Positions 29,554 through 39,997 of a stretch of 64,000 nt of DNA are shown here, piece after piece. The position numbers and the translations under genes were made by a program. The stretch is taken from the IMG/VR virus record IMGVR_UViG_3300044811_000050. The stretch is one strand, 5' to 3'. The stretch is from a virus. Under the pieces are notes generated by a model. It saw only the letters and a program-made list of their open reading frames with translations. It ran no database searches and was not told the origin of the DNA. Position 1 is the first letter of the stretch, and each line of letters opens with the position of its first letter.

Positions 29554-31137
29554 ATGGTGCTATCCGCTCACGCGGCGAAAGAGCACACCATGACGTGCCC
29601 ACAATGTGGTCAGCGCGTGAAAATGCAGCTCACCTATGGCGGTTACCGCTGCCCATTGTGCGGACATGTCTCCGGCGGCCCCCAGTCAAAGGAAGGCCGT
29701 GGAATGGCACCGGAACCCGCCGATGTGACGCGCCTGCTCCAGGAAGCGGCGCGTACCGATGACCCGACCCGGCGCGATGCGCTGGTGGCGCAAGCCGAGG
29801 ACGGCCGCGCTCAAATCACCGCCGCGCTCCAGGGCGCCAACGACGTGGACCTGGCGCGGGCCATCGTCGCCGAGCGGCTCACCCCGGTGCGGGTGCACGA
29901 GCACCACACCGCCGCCACCGACTGGCTGGGCGACATCGACACCGCCGCGCCGGCCGACGTCGAACGCGAGATGATCGCCCAGGGCTCGGTCTGGTACTCC
30001 CGGCTGCCCGAGCTGGTCAAGCAGCACCCCGACGAGCTGGTCCAGCAGGCCCTGGGCAAGGCCGCCCGGCTGGCCGGCTCGTACGGCATCGGCGCGGACG
30101 CCGCCGAGAAGGCCTTCCTCGATCACGTCGGCGCGCTGCACGCCCGGGACGTCTCCGGTGGGCTGGTCATCGTGGCCGCCGCCGATTCCCGCGAGCCCTA
30201 CGAGCTGGGCGGCCCCGCCACCAGCAACGGGCTGCCCGGCGAGCTGACCTCCTCCGAGCGGGCCCCGGCCATGCAGGACCTGCGCAACAACACCGCTGGT
30301 GGCTCGGTGAGCGACACGGAATGGCCGGACCCTCTCCAGCTGCCCCAGCAGGACGTGGACGCCGCCAACGGCGACTCAGGCACCCAACGGGTGGCTTCTC
30401 AGCAGCACGACAGCACCACCGACAACGAAAGGACCGCGTCCATGCCACAGCACACGGCCGCCTGCCCGGAGTGCTCCGGGTGCCAGGCGTGCGGGGGCAC
30501 GCACCGGGTGGCCGTGCGCGCACCTCGGACCGCCGCCTCGGGGCTCGATCAGGTTGACCAGGTCGTAGACCCGCACGACAACCCGAAGGCGACCCCCTAC
30601 CCGGAGGATGTGGCGTTCCCGTGGGAGATGCCTGAGGACTCCAGCCAGGCCATCGGGGAGACCGAGGACCAGCTCAAGCAGCGCGAGCAGCTGCGCGGCG
30701 CGTCCCGTCGGCAGCGGGCCGAGCAGGTGGCCCGGGAGGCCGCCCGCCAGGCCTACATCCGGGCCATGGGTGGCCAGGACGACTCGGGCTGGATGGGGGA
30801 CATGGGCGCCGGTGGGGTTGCGCCGGGCCAGCAGGACGGTGGCAACCCGGGCACCACCTACCCGGGCAACATCGCCGACGCGGACCCGGTGTACGGCCAG
30901 GGCGGGGACAACGGCAACCAGCCGCTGAAGCCCTACGGCGCCGACGAGGCCAACGACGTCACCAACAACCCGGGGATGAACTACCAGCCGGGCCAGCCCA
31001 CCCAGTACGACCAGGGCGGGCGAGCCAACCAGGTGGGCCAGCCCACCGCCGGGCGCCGGGCCGAGGACGACGCGCAGATTCAGCAGGCGTTGGCGTTCGT
31101 CCGCCAACGTCGGGCCCTCTTGGAGAGCCAGCGCTGA
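29554..31137 (+). CDS. head-region acidic/Gly-Pro-rich protein (putative internal/core protein)
   Basis: first late gene; CxxC fingers; low-complexity acidic segments. Confidence 0.6.
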   Translation: MVLSAHAAKEHTMTCPQCGQRVKMQLTYGGYRCPLCGHVSGGPQSKEGRGMAPEPADVTRLLQEAARTDDPTRRDALVAQAEDGRAQITAALQGANDVDLARAIVAERLTPVRVHEHHTAATDWLGDIDTAAPADVEREMIAQGSVWYSRLPELVKQHPDELVQQALGKAARLAGSYGIGADAAEKAFLDHVGALHARDVSGGLVIVAAADSREPYELGGPATSNGLPGELTSSERAPAMQDLRNNTAGGSVSDTEWPDPLQLPQQDVDAANGDSGTQRVASQQHDSTTDNERTASMPQHTAACPECSGCQACGGTHRVAVRAPRTAASGLDQVDQVVDPHDNPKATPYPEDVAFPWEMPEDSSQAIGETEDQLKQREQLRGASRRQRAEQVAREAARQAYIRAMGGQDDSGWMGDMGAGGVAPGQQDGGNPGTTYPGNIADADPVYGQGGDNGNQPLKPYGADEANDVTNNPGMNYQPGQPTQYDQGGRANQVGQPTAGRRAEDDAQIQQALAFVRQRRALLESQR

Positions 31138-31508
31138 TGGACTTCCGGGCGGCGGCCAGGAAGAGCGCGGCATCGAGCCTGACGGACTCGAATCTGTCGA
31201 GCGATCTCTCGATGGATCCGACCATGCAGGACACGCACGATCCCCGCTCGACGATTCCGCACGGCCAAGGCCCGGTGCACACCGACGGTCAGGACCCGGC
31301 CTCATCGGGCGGCTCCGCTCCCTACAACGGGGTGGAGCCGTTCGGTGAGCCGGCGGTGGATGACCCGCTCTGGCGCGATCCCTCCGAGGACGACCCCGGC
31401 CGAGGTGGCCCGATGCCACACGTCGATGGGCCGGACGAGGACAAGACCACCCTGCACAACGCCCGGCTGGCCAGCTACGCGGCCAAAGCCGACCGCTACG
31501 GAAGGTAG
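31137..31508 (+). CDS. small acidic head-region protein
   Basis: TGATG-coupled; D/P-rich. Confidence 0.65.
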   Translation: MDFRAAARKSAASSLTDSNLSSDLSMDPTMQDTHDPRSTIPHGQGPVHTDGQDPASSGGSAPYNGVEPFGEPAVDDPLWRDPSEDDPGRGGPMPHVDGPDEDKTTLHNARLASYAAKADRYGR

Positions 31509-31514
31509 AAGCCC

Positions 31515-33263
31515 GTGCTGGATCTTTGGACGGAGGCGTCCGCCGACATCGAAGGCGAGCGCACCGCGCTGCGGATGGCCAACGCCAAGGTCGCGGTCGC
31601 CGGCCTGTGGCCATTCCTGACCCTGGCCGCGAGCACGAGCGAGTTCGAGCACCGGCTGGCCCTGGCCTGGGACCACATCGCCAACGCGGTGCCGGTGGAC
31701 CTACTCCAGCCGATCACCGACAGCCTGCGCAGCGACTACGCCGTGGTCACCGAGGCGGCCAAGAACGCCGAGGGCGAGGAGGAGGCGGAGGATGCCCAGC
31801 CGCCGGGCGGCGACATGCCTGACTGGCTGGAAACCAAGATCAAAGGTGAGGGCGCCTACTACCACCGGGGTCGCCGCGAGTGGGTCACCCCGGCGCAGCC
31901 CGAGCCTCAGACGGTGGAGTTCTGGCACGAGGGCTCGCGTCGCTGGGTGACCGCCGCCGTGGACACCGAGGACGCCGCTGGGGGCGGCAACCCGTACTAC
32001 TTCACCGGCGGCCCGGAGGCCGGCCCGGCGACCGGGATGACCGACCAGTTCGCCCCGCACCCGACCGGTTCGGATCCGGTGGACCCGCTCAACCAGATGT
32101 TCCCGATGCAGCCCACCCCCTGGACTGTCCCACCGGGTGGGGAGTGGAAGGAAAACCCGATGCAGTTCAACCCGCCCGGGGGCGGTTCAGACCAGCAGCA
32201 CTCGGCGGCGCACCACGCCGCGCAGATCGGTGACACCGGCACCTGCACCGAGTGCGGGGGCAACATCAAGTACTCGGCGCACGAGCACGGTCGGGAGTGG
32301 AACCACACCGGATCCAACTCCTGGCTGCTGGACGACGCGCACGTGCCGGCGCCCACCCGCAACAGCCGCTCGGCGGCCGAGCAGAACCCGAACTACTTCT
32401 CCGGCGGCGGCGAGGGCGTGACCGGGGACCCGCAGTCGAGCTTCCCGGCCGATGAGGCCCAGGAAGATCCGGATGACCGGGTCAACGAGCTGTACGGGGA
32501 GAGCCCGATCTCGGCCGGCAGCGTCGACAACGGCTACCGGGTGGCCCGGCGCGCGGCGGCCAGCCCCGACAATCCACCGCCGGATTCCGATCCGCTCCAG
32601 GGCACCGAGTTCGACTCCCCCGAGGAGCGTGACCGGTGGGGAAAAGCTGAGCGCGGAGAGCAGCAGACCAGCCGCGACTCCTCCGCGTTGATCGGCATGC
32701 GGCACGGCGCGCGACGGGGTTTCTACGACCCGAGCGACCCGGGACTGCGCTCGGTAGCCATTGGAGATCAGTTCGGCTCGGACAACCCATTCAGCATGGG
32801 CCCGAACCCGACTCCGCCGGCCGGCGCGGGACAGCAGGATTCGAACGTCCCGACTCCGCCCACGGCGAACATCCCGCAGACCACCCCGCCCCGGCAGACC
32901 CCGGGCGGTGGGCCGGGGAGCATGCCTGGCGAGGGCGGGCCCGGCACCGACGCCTCGGATAGCGCGGCGAAGAACAACCTGCCGCCGTCGATGGGTCGGC
33001 GGGTGGCCGCCGAGACCTACGAGCGGCCCGACGACGACGACCCGACCGGGGCCGGTGACGAGTACGTGCACAACACCTGGGGCGGGCCGATTACGACCCG
33101 GCCGCGCCAGACCTCCGAGGACCGCAGGATCAACACCCCGCAGCGTCCGCGCGCTCCAATCCCGACGATCAGCTCACCCGGTCCGGGGGCGGACAACGAA
33201 GACGACCGGCGCGAGGCCTCTCGGGTGGCGGACCGGCTGATCCGAGAGCTGGTGGGTGCCTGA
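31515..33263 (+). CDS. large low-complexity head-region protein
   Basis: SD-led GTG; repeated NPxYFxGG segments. Confidence 0.65.
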   Translation: MLDLWTEASADIEGERTALRMANAKVAVAGLWPFLTLAASTSEFEHRLALAWDHIANAVPVDLLQPITDSLRSDYAVVTEAAKNAEGEEEAEDAQPPGGDMPDWLETKIKGEGAYYHRGRREWVTPAQPEPQTVEFWHEGSRRWVTAAVDTEDAAGGGNPYYFTGGPEAGPATGMTDQFAPHPTGSDPVDPLNQMFPMQPTPWTVPPGGEWKENPMQFNPPGGGSDQQHSAAHHAAQIGDTGTCTECGGNIKYSAHEHGREWNHTGSNSWLLDDAHVPAPTRNSRSAAEQNPNYFSGGGEGVTGDPQSSFPADEAQEDPDDRVNELYGESPISAGSVDNGYRVARRAAASPDNPPPDSDPLQGTEFDSPEERDRWGKAERGEQQTSRDSSALIGMRHGARRGFYDPSDPGLRSVAIGDQFGSDNPFSMGPNPTPPAGAGQQDSNVPTPPTANIPQTTPPRQTPGGGPGSMPGEGGPGTDASDSAAKNNLPPSMGRRVAAETYERPDDDDPTGAGDEYVHNTWGGPITTRPRQTSEDRRINTPQRPRAPIPTISSPGPGADNEDDRREASRVADRLIRELVGA

Positions 33264-34213
33264 TGGCCTCCTACACGGTCAAGTGCTTCAGCTGCCAGAA
33301 CGTGGGCGTGATCAACAAGATCAGCGCGCAGCTGACCTGCACCTGCGGATCCCGGGACATCGACCTGATCGACCCGGCCGAGATCACCTTCCTGGAGTTC
33401 ATGGGGGTGACCGCCAGCTCCGGCGGCACCGGCTGGAACCACACGATGCCCGACCCGCTGGACGGCTGGGACGAGTACGCCGGCCCGCCGCCGGGGGCCA
33501 ACCCGTTCTCGGCCCCCGCCCCGAACAACCCCTTTGCCTGCCAGGAGTGCCAGGGCACCAAGGTCGACGTCCGGGACGGCGGCACCTGCCGGGCGTGCAA
33601 GGGCACCGGCACTCGGACCCCCACCACGGCGGAAGCACCCGAGCCCATGGTCAAGCGGCATGACTACCCGAGCACCCAGACCAAGATCCCGTTCATGGGA
33701 CGCCATCGCAGCGCCGCGCCGGAGCGCACCCTCCGTTCCCCGGAGGAGGTGATCAAGCACACGACACCTGGCTGGGCAGGCAACAGCAGCGATCCGGGCC
33801 TATGGAATGTCTCGCCCCACCTGAAGACCCGCGATGACAACGCGGCGGCCGAGCGGTACTCCGACGAGGGCCTGGCCTCGGCCCGGGAGAAGGGCTACCC
33901 GATGCACGAGGCGAGCTGCCCGGAATGCGGGCACGCCCCGACGCACCTGGTCAACTCGCCCACCGGTGCCTGGTGGCATTGCCCGAACTGCGGGCCGCTG
34001 GAGAACATCGACAAGCACCCGGAGGTCGACCCGTACAACCCGCCGACCGACTTCAAGCCCAACCCCCGCTCGTTCAAGGCCAGCGGCCGGCGCCGCAAGC
34101 CGACCGTCCGGGTGTTCGAGATGGTCACCGTGGTAGCCGGCAACAACCCCGGCCTGAGCAATCGAGAAGTGGTCACCCTGGTTCGGCGCACCGCACAGAA
34201 ATACCCGGAGTGA
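33263..34213 (+). CDS. multi-Zn-ribbon head-region protein
   Basis: multiple CxxC pairs including a DnaJ-like CxxCxGxG. Confidence 0.65.
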   Translation: MASYTVKCFSCQNVGVINKISAQLTCTCGSRDIDLIDPAEITFLEFMGVTASSGGTGWNHTMPDPLDGWDEYAGPPPGANPFSAPAPNNPFACQECQGTKVDVRDGGTCRACKGTGTRTPTTAEAPEPMVKRHDYPSTQTKIPFMGRHRSAAPERTLRSPEEVIKHTTPGWAGNSSDPGLWNVSPHLKTRDDNAAAERYSDEGLASAREKGYPMHEASCPECGHAPTHLVNSPTGAWWHCPNCGPLENIDKHPEVDPYNPPTDFKPNPRSFKASGRRRKPTVRVFEMVTVVAGNNPGLSNREVVTLVRRTAQKYPE

Positions 34214-34216
34214 TCG

Positions 34217-34720
34217 GTGACCAACTACCCGCGTGAAGGTGCTCGGATCAGCTACGTCGGCAATGGCAACGACGGGCGAGTCCTTGGCGAGCGCGGGCGG
34301 TTGCTGGCCAGGGATCACCGCAGCGGACACGTGAAGTGGGCCGACAATTCGATCACCATGGTGGACCTGGAGGACATCGCGGCGGTGGCCTCCACCTACG
34401 GCGCCGCCCGCGCGCAGCCACGTGACGAGTTGGATGACTCGCTGGCGGTCGGTCCCATCCAAGCGGTGGGGCTACGCCAGGTGCTCGACACCGAGGGTCA
34501 GGCCGGGGTGCTCAACGCGCTGGCCGCCGCCGGCCAGCTCGGTGGGTTGGTCGGCATCGCCGAGGAGTCGCTGAGCTTCACCGCGCAGCGCATCCGCCAG
34601 GAGCCGGCGTTCCGGGAGGCGGTCGCCCAGCTTGACGACGACGAGGTGGACGCCCTGATCCAACTCGCCGCCCAGGTGCTGCTGCGTGATGCGCTTCGGG
34701 AGGGCCCCGATGCCGATTAG
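34217..34720 (+). CDS. hypothetical head-region protein
   Basis: SD-led GTG, codon bias. Confidence 0.65.
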   Translation: MTNYPREGARISYVGNGNDGRVLGERGRLLARDHRSGHVKWADNSITMVDLEDIAAVASTYGAARAQPRDELDDSLAVGPIQAVGLRQVLDTEGQAGVLNALAAAGQLGGLVGIAEESLSFTAQRIRQEPAFREAVAQLDDDEVDALIQLAAQVLLRDALREGPDAD

Positions 34721-36569
34721 ATCATGTGAGAAATGCGGCGGCCGGATGTCGCCGCGCTGGCCCCGGGCCCGGCAGCCCGACGGTCAGATGTGGTGCCCGA
34801 GCTGCGTGCAGGGCCAGTCCCACGTGCAGACCACGGCGGCGGTCAGCGACCGGCACCCCGACATCAACTGGAAGGTGGCGCGCTTCGGCGTCGCCAACAC
34901 CTCGCTGGGTCGCGCCAGCTTCCAGCTGCCCTTCATCACCGGGGCCACCCAGGACGAGCAGGAGCAGCGGCTGGCCCGACCGGAAGGCTGGGATCACTCC
35001 GGGACCGGATTCCAGCCGGTGCGCTTCGCCATCGAAGGCGCCCGCAGCTACGCCCACAAGCTGCACCTGCCCGACCCGCACGAGCACGACTACAGCCAGA
35101 TCCACCAGAACGCCGACACGGTGCGCACCGTCGGGCGGCTCTACGACAAGCTGCCCGAGCACGACCCGCACGCGATCCCGCACTTCGAGGTCATGCGCGA
35201 CGAGGTGGGTCACCAGTTCCACCACCTGACCCACACCATGGGTGTGCACGTGGAGACCACCGACCACGACCCGTACGCCAACGTGCACGAGATGACCAAG
35301 GACGTGGCCGACAACAAGCGGCTGAAGGTGCTGGGCACTCACGTCACCGGCGCCCACCCGTTCTTCTCCAACCACGAGAACGACCAGTTCCGCGCGGTGC
35401 ACGACTTCTTCGGCCATGCCGCCACCGGGCGGGACTTCTCCCGCCACGGCGAGCAGGCCGCGTTCCTGGCGCACTCCCGGATGTTCTCCGACCGCGCCCG
35501 GCCGGCGATGGCCAGCGAGACCAAGGGGCAGAACACCAGCCTGATCCTCAATGGTCACTTCAGCCCGCAGAAGATCGCGCTGCTGCCCAAGCAGCATTGG
35601 GCGGTCCGCCGTAACGCCGCCGGCTGGTCCGGTGAGGACGTGATCCGGCACGAGCTGGGCCGGCAGAAGGTGCACCAGGTCTACATCGACGGGCACCACG
35701 CCGCCGAGCTGTGCCCCGAGCACCTGCGGATGAAACGGAAGATCAGCGACTTCGCCACCGGCTTGGCCCGGCAGGTGGGCTTGTCCACCCGTTACCCGAC
35801 TATCCAGGCCAGCCCGCCCACCGAGGGCCGCTGCACCGAATGCACCCGGGTATCCGGTACCCAGTCGTTGGAGCATCCGTGGAACCCCCGCGAGCAGCCG
35901 GGCGCGATCCCCACCCAGGAGGAGAAAGTGCCGAATGGGCGCAGCCTGCTGCACCGCCAGCACCGGCCGTACGTGGACGAGTACGCCGAGGTGAAGCCGC
36001 AGATCCAGAGCTACAACCGGCGGATCGCGCTGGCCCACAAGATGGGCAAGCTCGACCGGATGAACGGGCCCGGCCCGATCCGCATCCAGGCACACGACTC
36101 CGGCGACGGCGAGACGATCTTCCATTGCCCGTTCTGCGGCTCCGGTCAGGTCATCGCCCGCAGCGACGGCACGGTGGAGTGCGAGTTCTGCTCGACCGCG
36201 TTCACCGTGCAGGTGCAACCGCAGATGCCGGCGTTCCCGCAGACCATCGACGGGGTGCCCGTGGACGTGCCTGGGATGCCCGCAGGCGGGGCGAACGCCA
36301 ACGTGCCACCCGGAACCGCCCCCGGGGCCGATCCGGGCGCTGAGGGCGATCTGGAGGCTAACAGCGGGCCCCCTGGCGCCGATGATCAGGACGACGGCTC
36401 CGATGGCGGGGACGACGACAAACCGGCGTTCCTGAAGGGCTCCACGCTGCGCACCGCCCAGGGTCAGGAGCTGCCCCGCGAGCACTACATGCAGCACCTG
36501 GCGCTCGCTCACGCCCGCGACCGTGACGCGGTGCTCGCCCAGGTCCGCGTAGAGAACGGGAGAGGCTGA
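34710..36569 (+). CDS. multidomain head-region protein with inserted HDxxGH (zincin-like) domain and Zn ribbons
   Basis: NDQFRAVHDFFGH..GE..AF..H..MFS..A..AM..ETKGQN; C-terminal CPFCGSG..CEFC. Confidence 0.6.
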   Translation: MPIRSCEKCGGRMSPRWPRARQPDGQMWCPSCVQGQSHVQTTAAVSDRHPDINWKVARFGVANTSLGRASFQLPFITGATQDEQEQRLARPEGWDHSGTGFQPVRFAIEGARSYAHKLHLPDPHEHDYSQIHQNADTVRTVGRLYDKLPEHDPHAIPHFEVMRDEVGHQFHHLTHTMGVHVETTDHDPYANVHEMTKDVADNKRLKVLGTHVTGAHPFFSNHENDQFRAVHDFFGHAATGRDFSRHGEQAAFLAHSRMFSDRARPAMASETKGQNTSLILNGHFSPQKIALLPKQHWAVRRNAAGWSGEDVIRHELGRQKVHQVYIDGHHAAELCPEHLRMKRKISDFATGLARQVGLSTRYPTIQASPPTEGRCTECTRVSGTQSLEHPWNPREQPGAIPTQEEKVPNGRSLLHRQHRPYVDEYAEVKPQIQSYNRRIALAHKMGKLDRMNGPGPIRIQAHDSGDGETIFHCPFCGSGQVIARSDGTVECEFCSTAFTVQVQPQMPAFPQTIDGVPVDVPGMPAGGANANVPPGTAPGADPGAEGDLEANSGPPGADDQDDGSDGGDDDKPAFLKGSTLRTAQGQELPREHYMQHLALAHARDRDAVLAQVRVENGRG

Positions 36570-37104
36570 TGACCACCACGGTGTACGCCCTGATCGAGTT
36601 CAAGCACACCGACGGGAACACCTACGAGCCAGGTGACCCGGCGGAGCTGCCCGACGAGACCGACGCGGACAAGGCCGAGCTGGCCAAGCTGCTCGACTAC
36701 GGCATGGTCACCAAGAGCGCTTCGCGGGGCCAGAAGGTCGCCGAGAAGGCCGCCGAGCCGGGCGACTCCCCGCAGCGCACCTCCCGGCGGAGGAGTTGAC
36801 CGTGCCGTTCCCCCGCGCCATCGCCCTGGCGCTGCGGGACATCGACCCGAGTACGTTGCCCGGTCGGCCAGCCACCGACGAGCCGTGTGAGGGCGCGAAG
36901 TTCCACAGCCCCACCCCGCTGATCCTGCACGACGTCCACCTGTCCAACGGCCGGGTGGTGAGCCTGTGCGGCTGCTGCCGGGACAACGCCGACGTGCTCG
37001 CCGCCCTGCTGGCCCAGTTCGCCCAGGACCTGGAGTGGCCGGTTCGCCGAGAGTTCGGTAATAAGTTAAGGGCGCTTTTGATTCCTAGGGAAGAGGATGA
37101 ATGA
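36569..37104 (+). CDS. two small genes upstream of portal (36569-36799, 36796-37104)
   Basis: coupled ORFs. Confidence 0.65.
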
Positions 37105-37712
37105 CGCTGGCGTTGGCCGAGCCTGAAACGGAGTGCTCGGCGGAGAGATGCGGGAAGGTGCAACCCAACGGGATGTGCCGCTCGCACTATCAGCGCGCCT
37201 GGCGTAAGGCGAACGCGGAGCACCTCAAGGCCAAGAAGGCTGAGTGGTATCAGCAGAACCGCGAGACAGTCATTCAGCGCAGTCGGGTCAGGCAAGATGC
37301 TGACCCAGAACGTGCGGCGGCTTACCGCAGAAGGTGGGCGGTTGAGAACGCCGAGCACAAGGCCCAGCTGGACCGGGCGTGGGTAGTGGCGAACCGTGAC
37401 CGCTACCTGCTGCATATGAAGAGCGGTCGGGCTCGGCGGAAGGCACGTATGGCCGCAGCGCCAGTCTGTGACTTCACCTCGTCTGACTGGCTGGAGCTAC
37501 TAGAGGAGCACGAGCACCGCTGCTACTACTGCGGCTCAGATGAGGATCTTCAACAGGAACACAAGATCCCCATCGTCCGAGGTGGATCCCACACGAAGTC
37601 GAACATTGTTCCGGGTTGCAAACGGTGCAACCTGCGCAAGGGAAGACTCACGGACGGCGAATTCGGCAACAAGCTCCGCGCCCTGTTGATCCCGAGGGAG
37701 ACCGATGGCTGA
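37101..37712 (+). CDS. free-standing HNH homing endonuclease
   Basis: GMCRSHY N-terminus; CYYCG..EHKIPIVRGGSHTKSNIVPGCKRCNLRKG. Confidence 0.9.
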   Translation: MTLALAEPETECSAERCGKVQPNGMCRSHYQRAWRKANAEHLKAKKAEWYQQNRETVIQRSRVRQDADPERAAAYRRRWAVENAEHKAQLDRAWVVANRDRYLLHMKSGRARRKARMAAAPVCDFTSSDWLELLEEHEHRCYYCGSDEDLQQEHKIPIVRGGSHTKSNIVPGCKRCNLRKGRLTDGEFGNKLRALLIPRETDG

Positions 37713-39948
37713 GGACCAGCCGAAGATCACCGATCGGCGTGGGGCCCGGCGAGGCGGCCCGAGTGGGTTGATCGTGCCCACCTCGGCCCAGGTGACGGCC
37801 GCGACCCGGGGGCGACTGCCCGCCGAGGGTGTCACCATGCCGGCGCCGGGCTATGCCCCGCGCCGTGACGGGCTCGGTCCCGACGGCGTGATCGAGGAGA
37901 TGCGCCGCAACCGGGCGGTCAACCGGCGCACCGGGATCCGGCGGACCGGCACGATGGTCGGCGGCGGTGGCGCGGCCGGATTCGGCGGCGGGGCGGACGT
38001 CACCTTCGCCACCGGGCGCCCGCGCGACCCGATGTTTTACTGGCGACAGAACAACATTCCTTACGACGTCACCAAGGACGACGAACTCAAGAAGATCCGG
38101 GCATTCTGTCGGCTGCTCTATTTGACCCACCCCATTGTTTCCGCCTGCATCGACATCTTCTCCAAGTTCCCCTTGCAGGGCATGACGTTCGAATGCAAGG
38201 ACGACCAGCTCACCGATTTCTACGGCGAGTTGTTCTTCGATGAGCTGAATTACGAGGAATACCTGCTCGACATCGGCCGGGAATATTGGTTGACCGGCGA
38301 GGCGTGGCCGCTGGGGTCTTGGAACGCCCAGCTCGGCGTGTGGGACGGCGACGAGCTGCTCCAGCCCGACGACGTGGAGGTGGAGCGCTCCCCGTTCCTG
38401 AAGGACCCCCGGTTCCTGATCCGGCTGCCGGCGACCCTGCGCAAGGTGCTCCAGGAGCGGAGCCCGCGCTGGGAGTACGACGCGCTGATGAAGGCCTACC
38501 CGGAGCTGGCCGCCTACGCGGGCGAGAACGCGCTGATGCCGGTCAGCAACATTTTGCTCAAGCAGATGAAGTTCAAGGGCGACACCTTCCACAAGCGCGG
38601 CCTGCCGATCCTGATGCGCGGCTTCCGGGCCATCGTGCAGGAGGAGATGCTCAACGCCGCGATGGATGCCGTGGCCGACCGGCTCTACACCCCGCTGGTG
38701 CTGGCCAAGCTCGGCGCGTCCGCCTCCGATCTGGGCACCGAGGCGCCGTGGATCCCCACCAAGGGGGACCTGGAGGACTTCGAGGAGGCCCTGGACGCCG
38801 CGCTGGCCGGCGACTTCCGGGTACTGACCCACCACTTCGCCATCGACATGGAGCCGGTGTTCGGCCGGGAGAACATGCCCGACATGAGCCCGGACTTCGA
38901 GCGCATCGAGGACCGGATCCTCCAGGTGTTCGGGCTGAGCCGGACCATCCTGCAAGGCGCCGACCGGGGCGAGACCTACGCCGCCGACGCGCTCAACCGC
39001 GACGTGGTCACCCAGCTGCTGACCCACTACCAGCGGGTGCTGGTCTCCTTCTATAAGGACCGGGCCATGATCGTGGCCGAGGCCCAGGAGCACTTCGACT
39101 ACGACGTCCGCAACGGCCAGCGCTACGTCAAGATGGAAGAGATCCTGGAGGTCGACGAGGAGACCGGGGAAGAGCGCATCGTCGAGCAGCCCAAGCTGCT
39201 CATCCCGGACCTGAAGTTCGACACCATGACCCTCCAGGACGAGTCCACCGAGCGGCAGTTCATCGAAGCGCTGCGCGAGTCCGGCATGCCGCTGTCCAAC
39301 AAGCGCCGGCTGCTGGGCACCGGGATCGACTTCGACGAAGAGGTGGAGGCGCTCTCCCAGGAGCAGGTGCAGCTGGCCGTCGCCGAGCAGGAGAACCGCC
39401 GGGAGACCTTCAAGGGGTTGCGCGATCAGGGCCTGCCGATCCCCGACGATCTGGCCGCCGACTTCCAGCCCAAGGCCGTCCAAGCCACCCAGACCCTCGG
39501 GGCCGGCGGTCAGGACGAGGTCATTCCCGCGCTCGGCCAGCAACCGCAGGACCTGCCCGCGTTGGCCCCCACCCAAGAGGATCTGGCGGCCGGCGAGGAG
39601 GACGGCTCGGCCGACCCGGGCGCGGCCATGGGCCAGCTGGTGCCGATGCCCATGGCGATGGCGCCGCCGAGTCGCCCGCCGGAGTCCGACGAACAGAGGA
39701 GCGGCATGCCCAAGCCGGCCAAGCTCGCCAAGCACGCAGTCAAGTTGGGGATCCGGGAGGCCACCCGCAAGCACTACGAGGCCCCGGACAACTCGATCGA
39801 GGACACCCAGAACGACGACGGCAGCGTGACGCGGCGGCCGGAGAACTACCGGCCCACCGGCCGTTTCGGCCCGCCGCAACACGTCGGGATGCGCCGACAT
39901 GTGGAGATCGACGAGCGCGCCAAGGCGCCCCGAGAGGAATCAGCCTGA
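37705..39948 (+). CDS. portal protein
   Basis: FCRLLYLTHPIVSACIDIFSKFPL, EYWLTGEAWP, RGLPILMRGFR; size and position as in Bxz1-like phages. Confidence 0.8.
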   Translation: MAEDQPKITDRRGARRGGPSGLIVPTSAQVTAATRGRLPAEGVTMPAPGYAPRRDGLGPDGVIEEMRRNRAVNRRTGIRRTGTMVGGGGAAGFGGGADVTFATGRPRDPMFYWRQNNIPYDVTKDDELKKIRAFCRLLYLTHPIVSACIDIFSKFPLQGMTFECKDDQLTDFYGELFFDELNYEEYLLDIGREYWLTGEAWPLGSWNAQLGVWDGDELLQPDDVEVERSPFLKDPRFLIRLPATLRKVLQERSPRWEYDALMKAYPELAAYAGENALMPVSNILLKQMKFKGDTFHKRGLPILMRGFRAIVQEEMLNAAMDAVADRLYTPLVLAKLGASASDLGTEAPWIPTKGDLEDFEEALDAALAGDFRVLTHHFAIDMEPVFGRENMPDMSPDFERIEDRILQVFGLSRTILQGADRGETYAADALNRDVVTQLLTHYQRVLVSFYKDRAMIVAEAQEHFDYDVRNGQRYVKMEEILEVDEETGEERIVEQPKLLIPDLKFDTMTLQDESTERQFIEALRESGMPLSNKRRLLGTGIDFDEEVEALSQEQVQLAVAEQENRRETFKGLRDQGLPIPDDLAADFQPKAVQATQTLGAGGQDEVIPALGQQPQDLPALAPTQEDLAAGEEDGSADPGAAMGQLVPMPMAMAPPSRPPESDEQRSGMPKPAKLAKHAVKLGIREATRKHYEAPDNSIEDTQNDDGSVTRRPENYRPTGRFGPPQHVGMRRHVEIDERAKAPREESA

Positions 39949-39990
39949 TCCTGTCCTGACATTCCGGGGCACCAGGTAAAAGGTGAGGAG
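39949..39990 (+). promoter_or_regulatory. late promoter motif
   Basis: TCCTGTC-N22-AAAAGGTGAGGAG. Confidence 0.65.
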
Positions 39991-39997
39991 GTGCACC

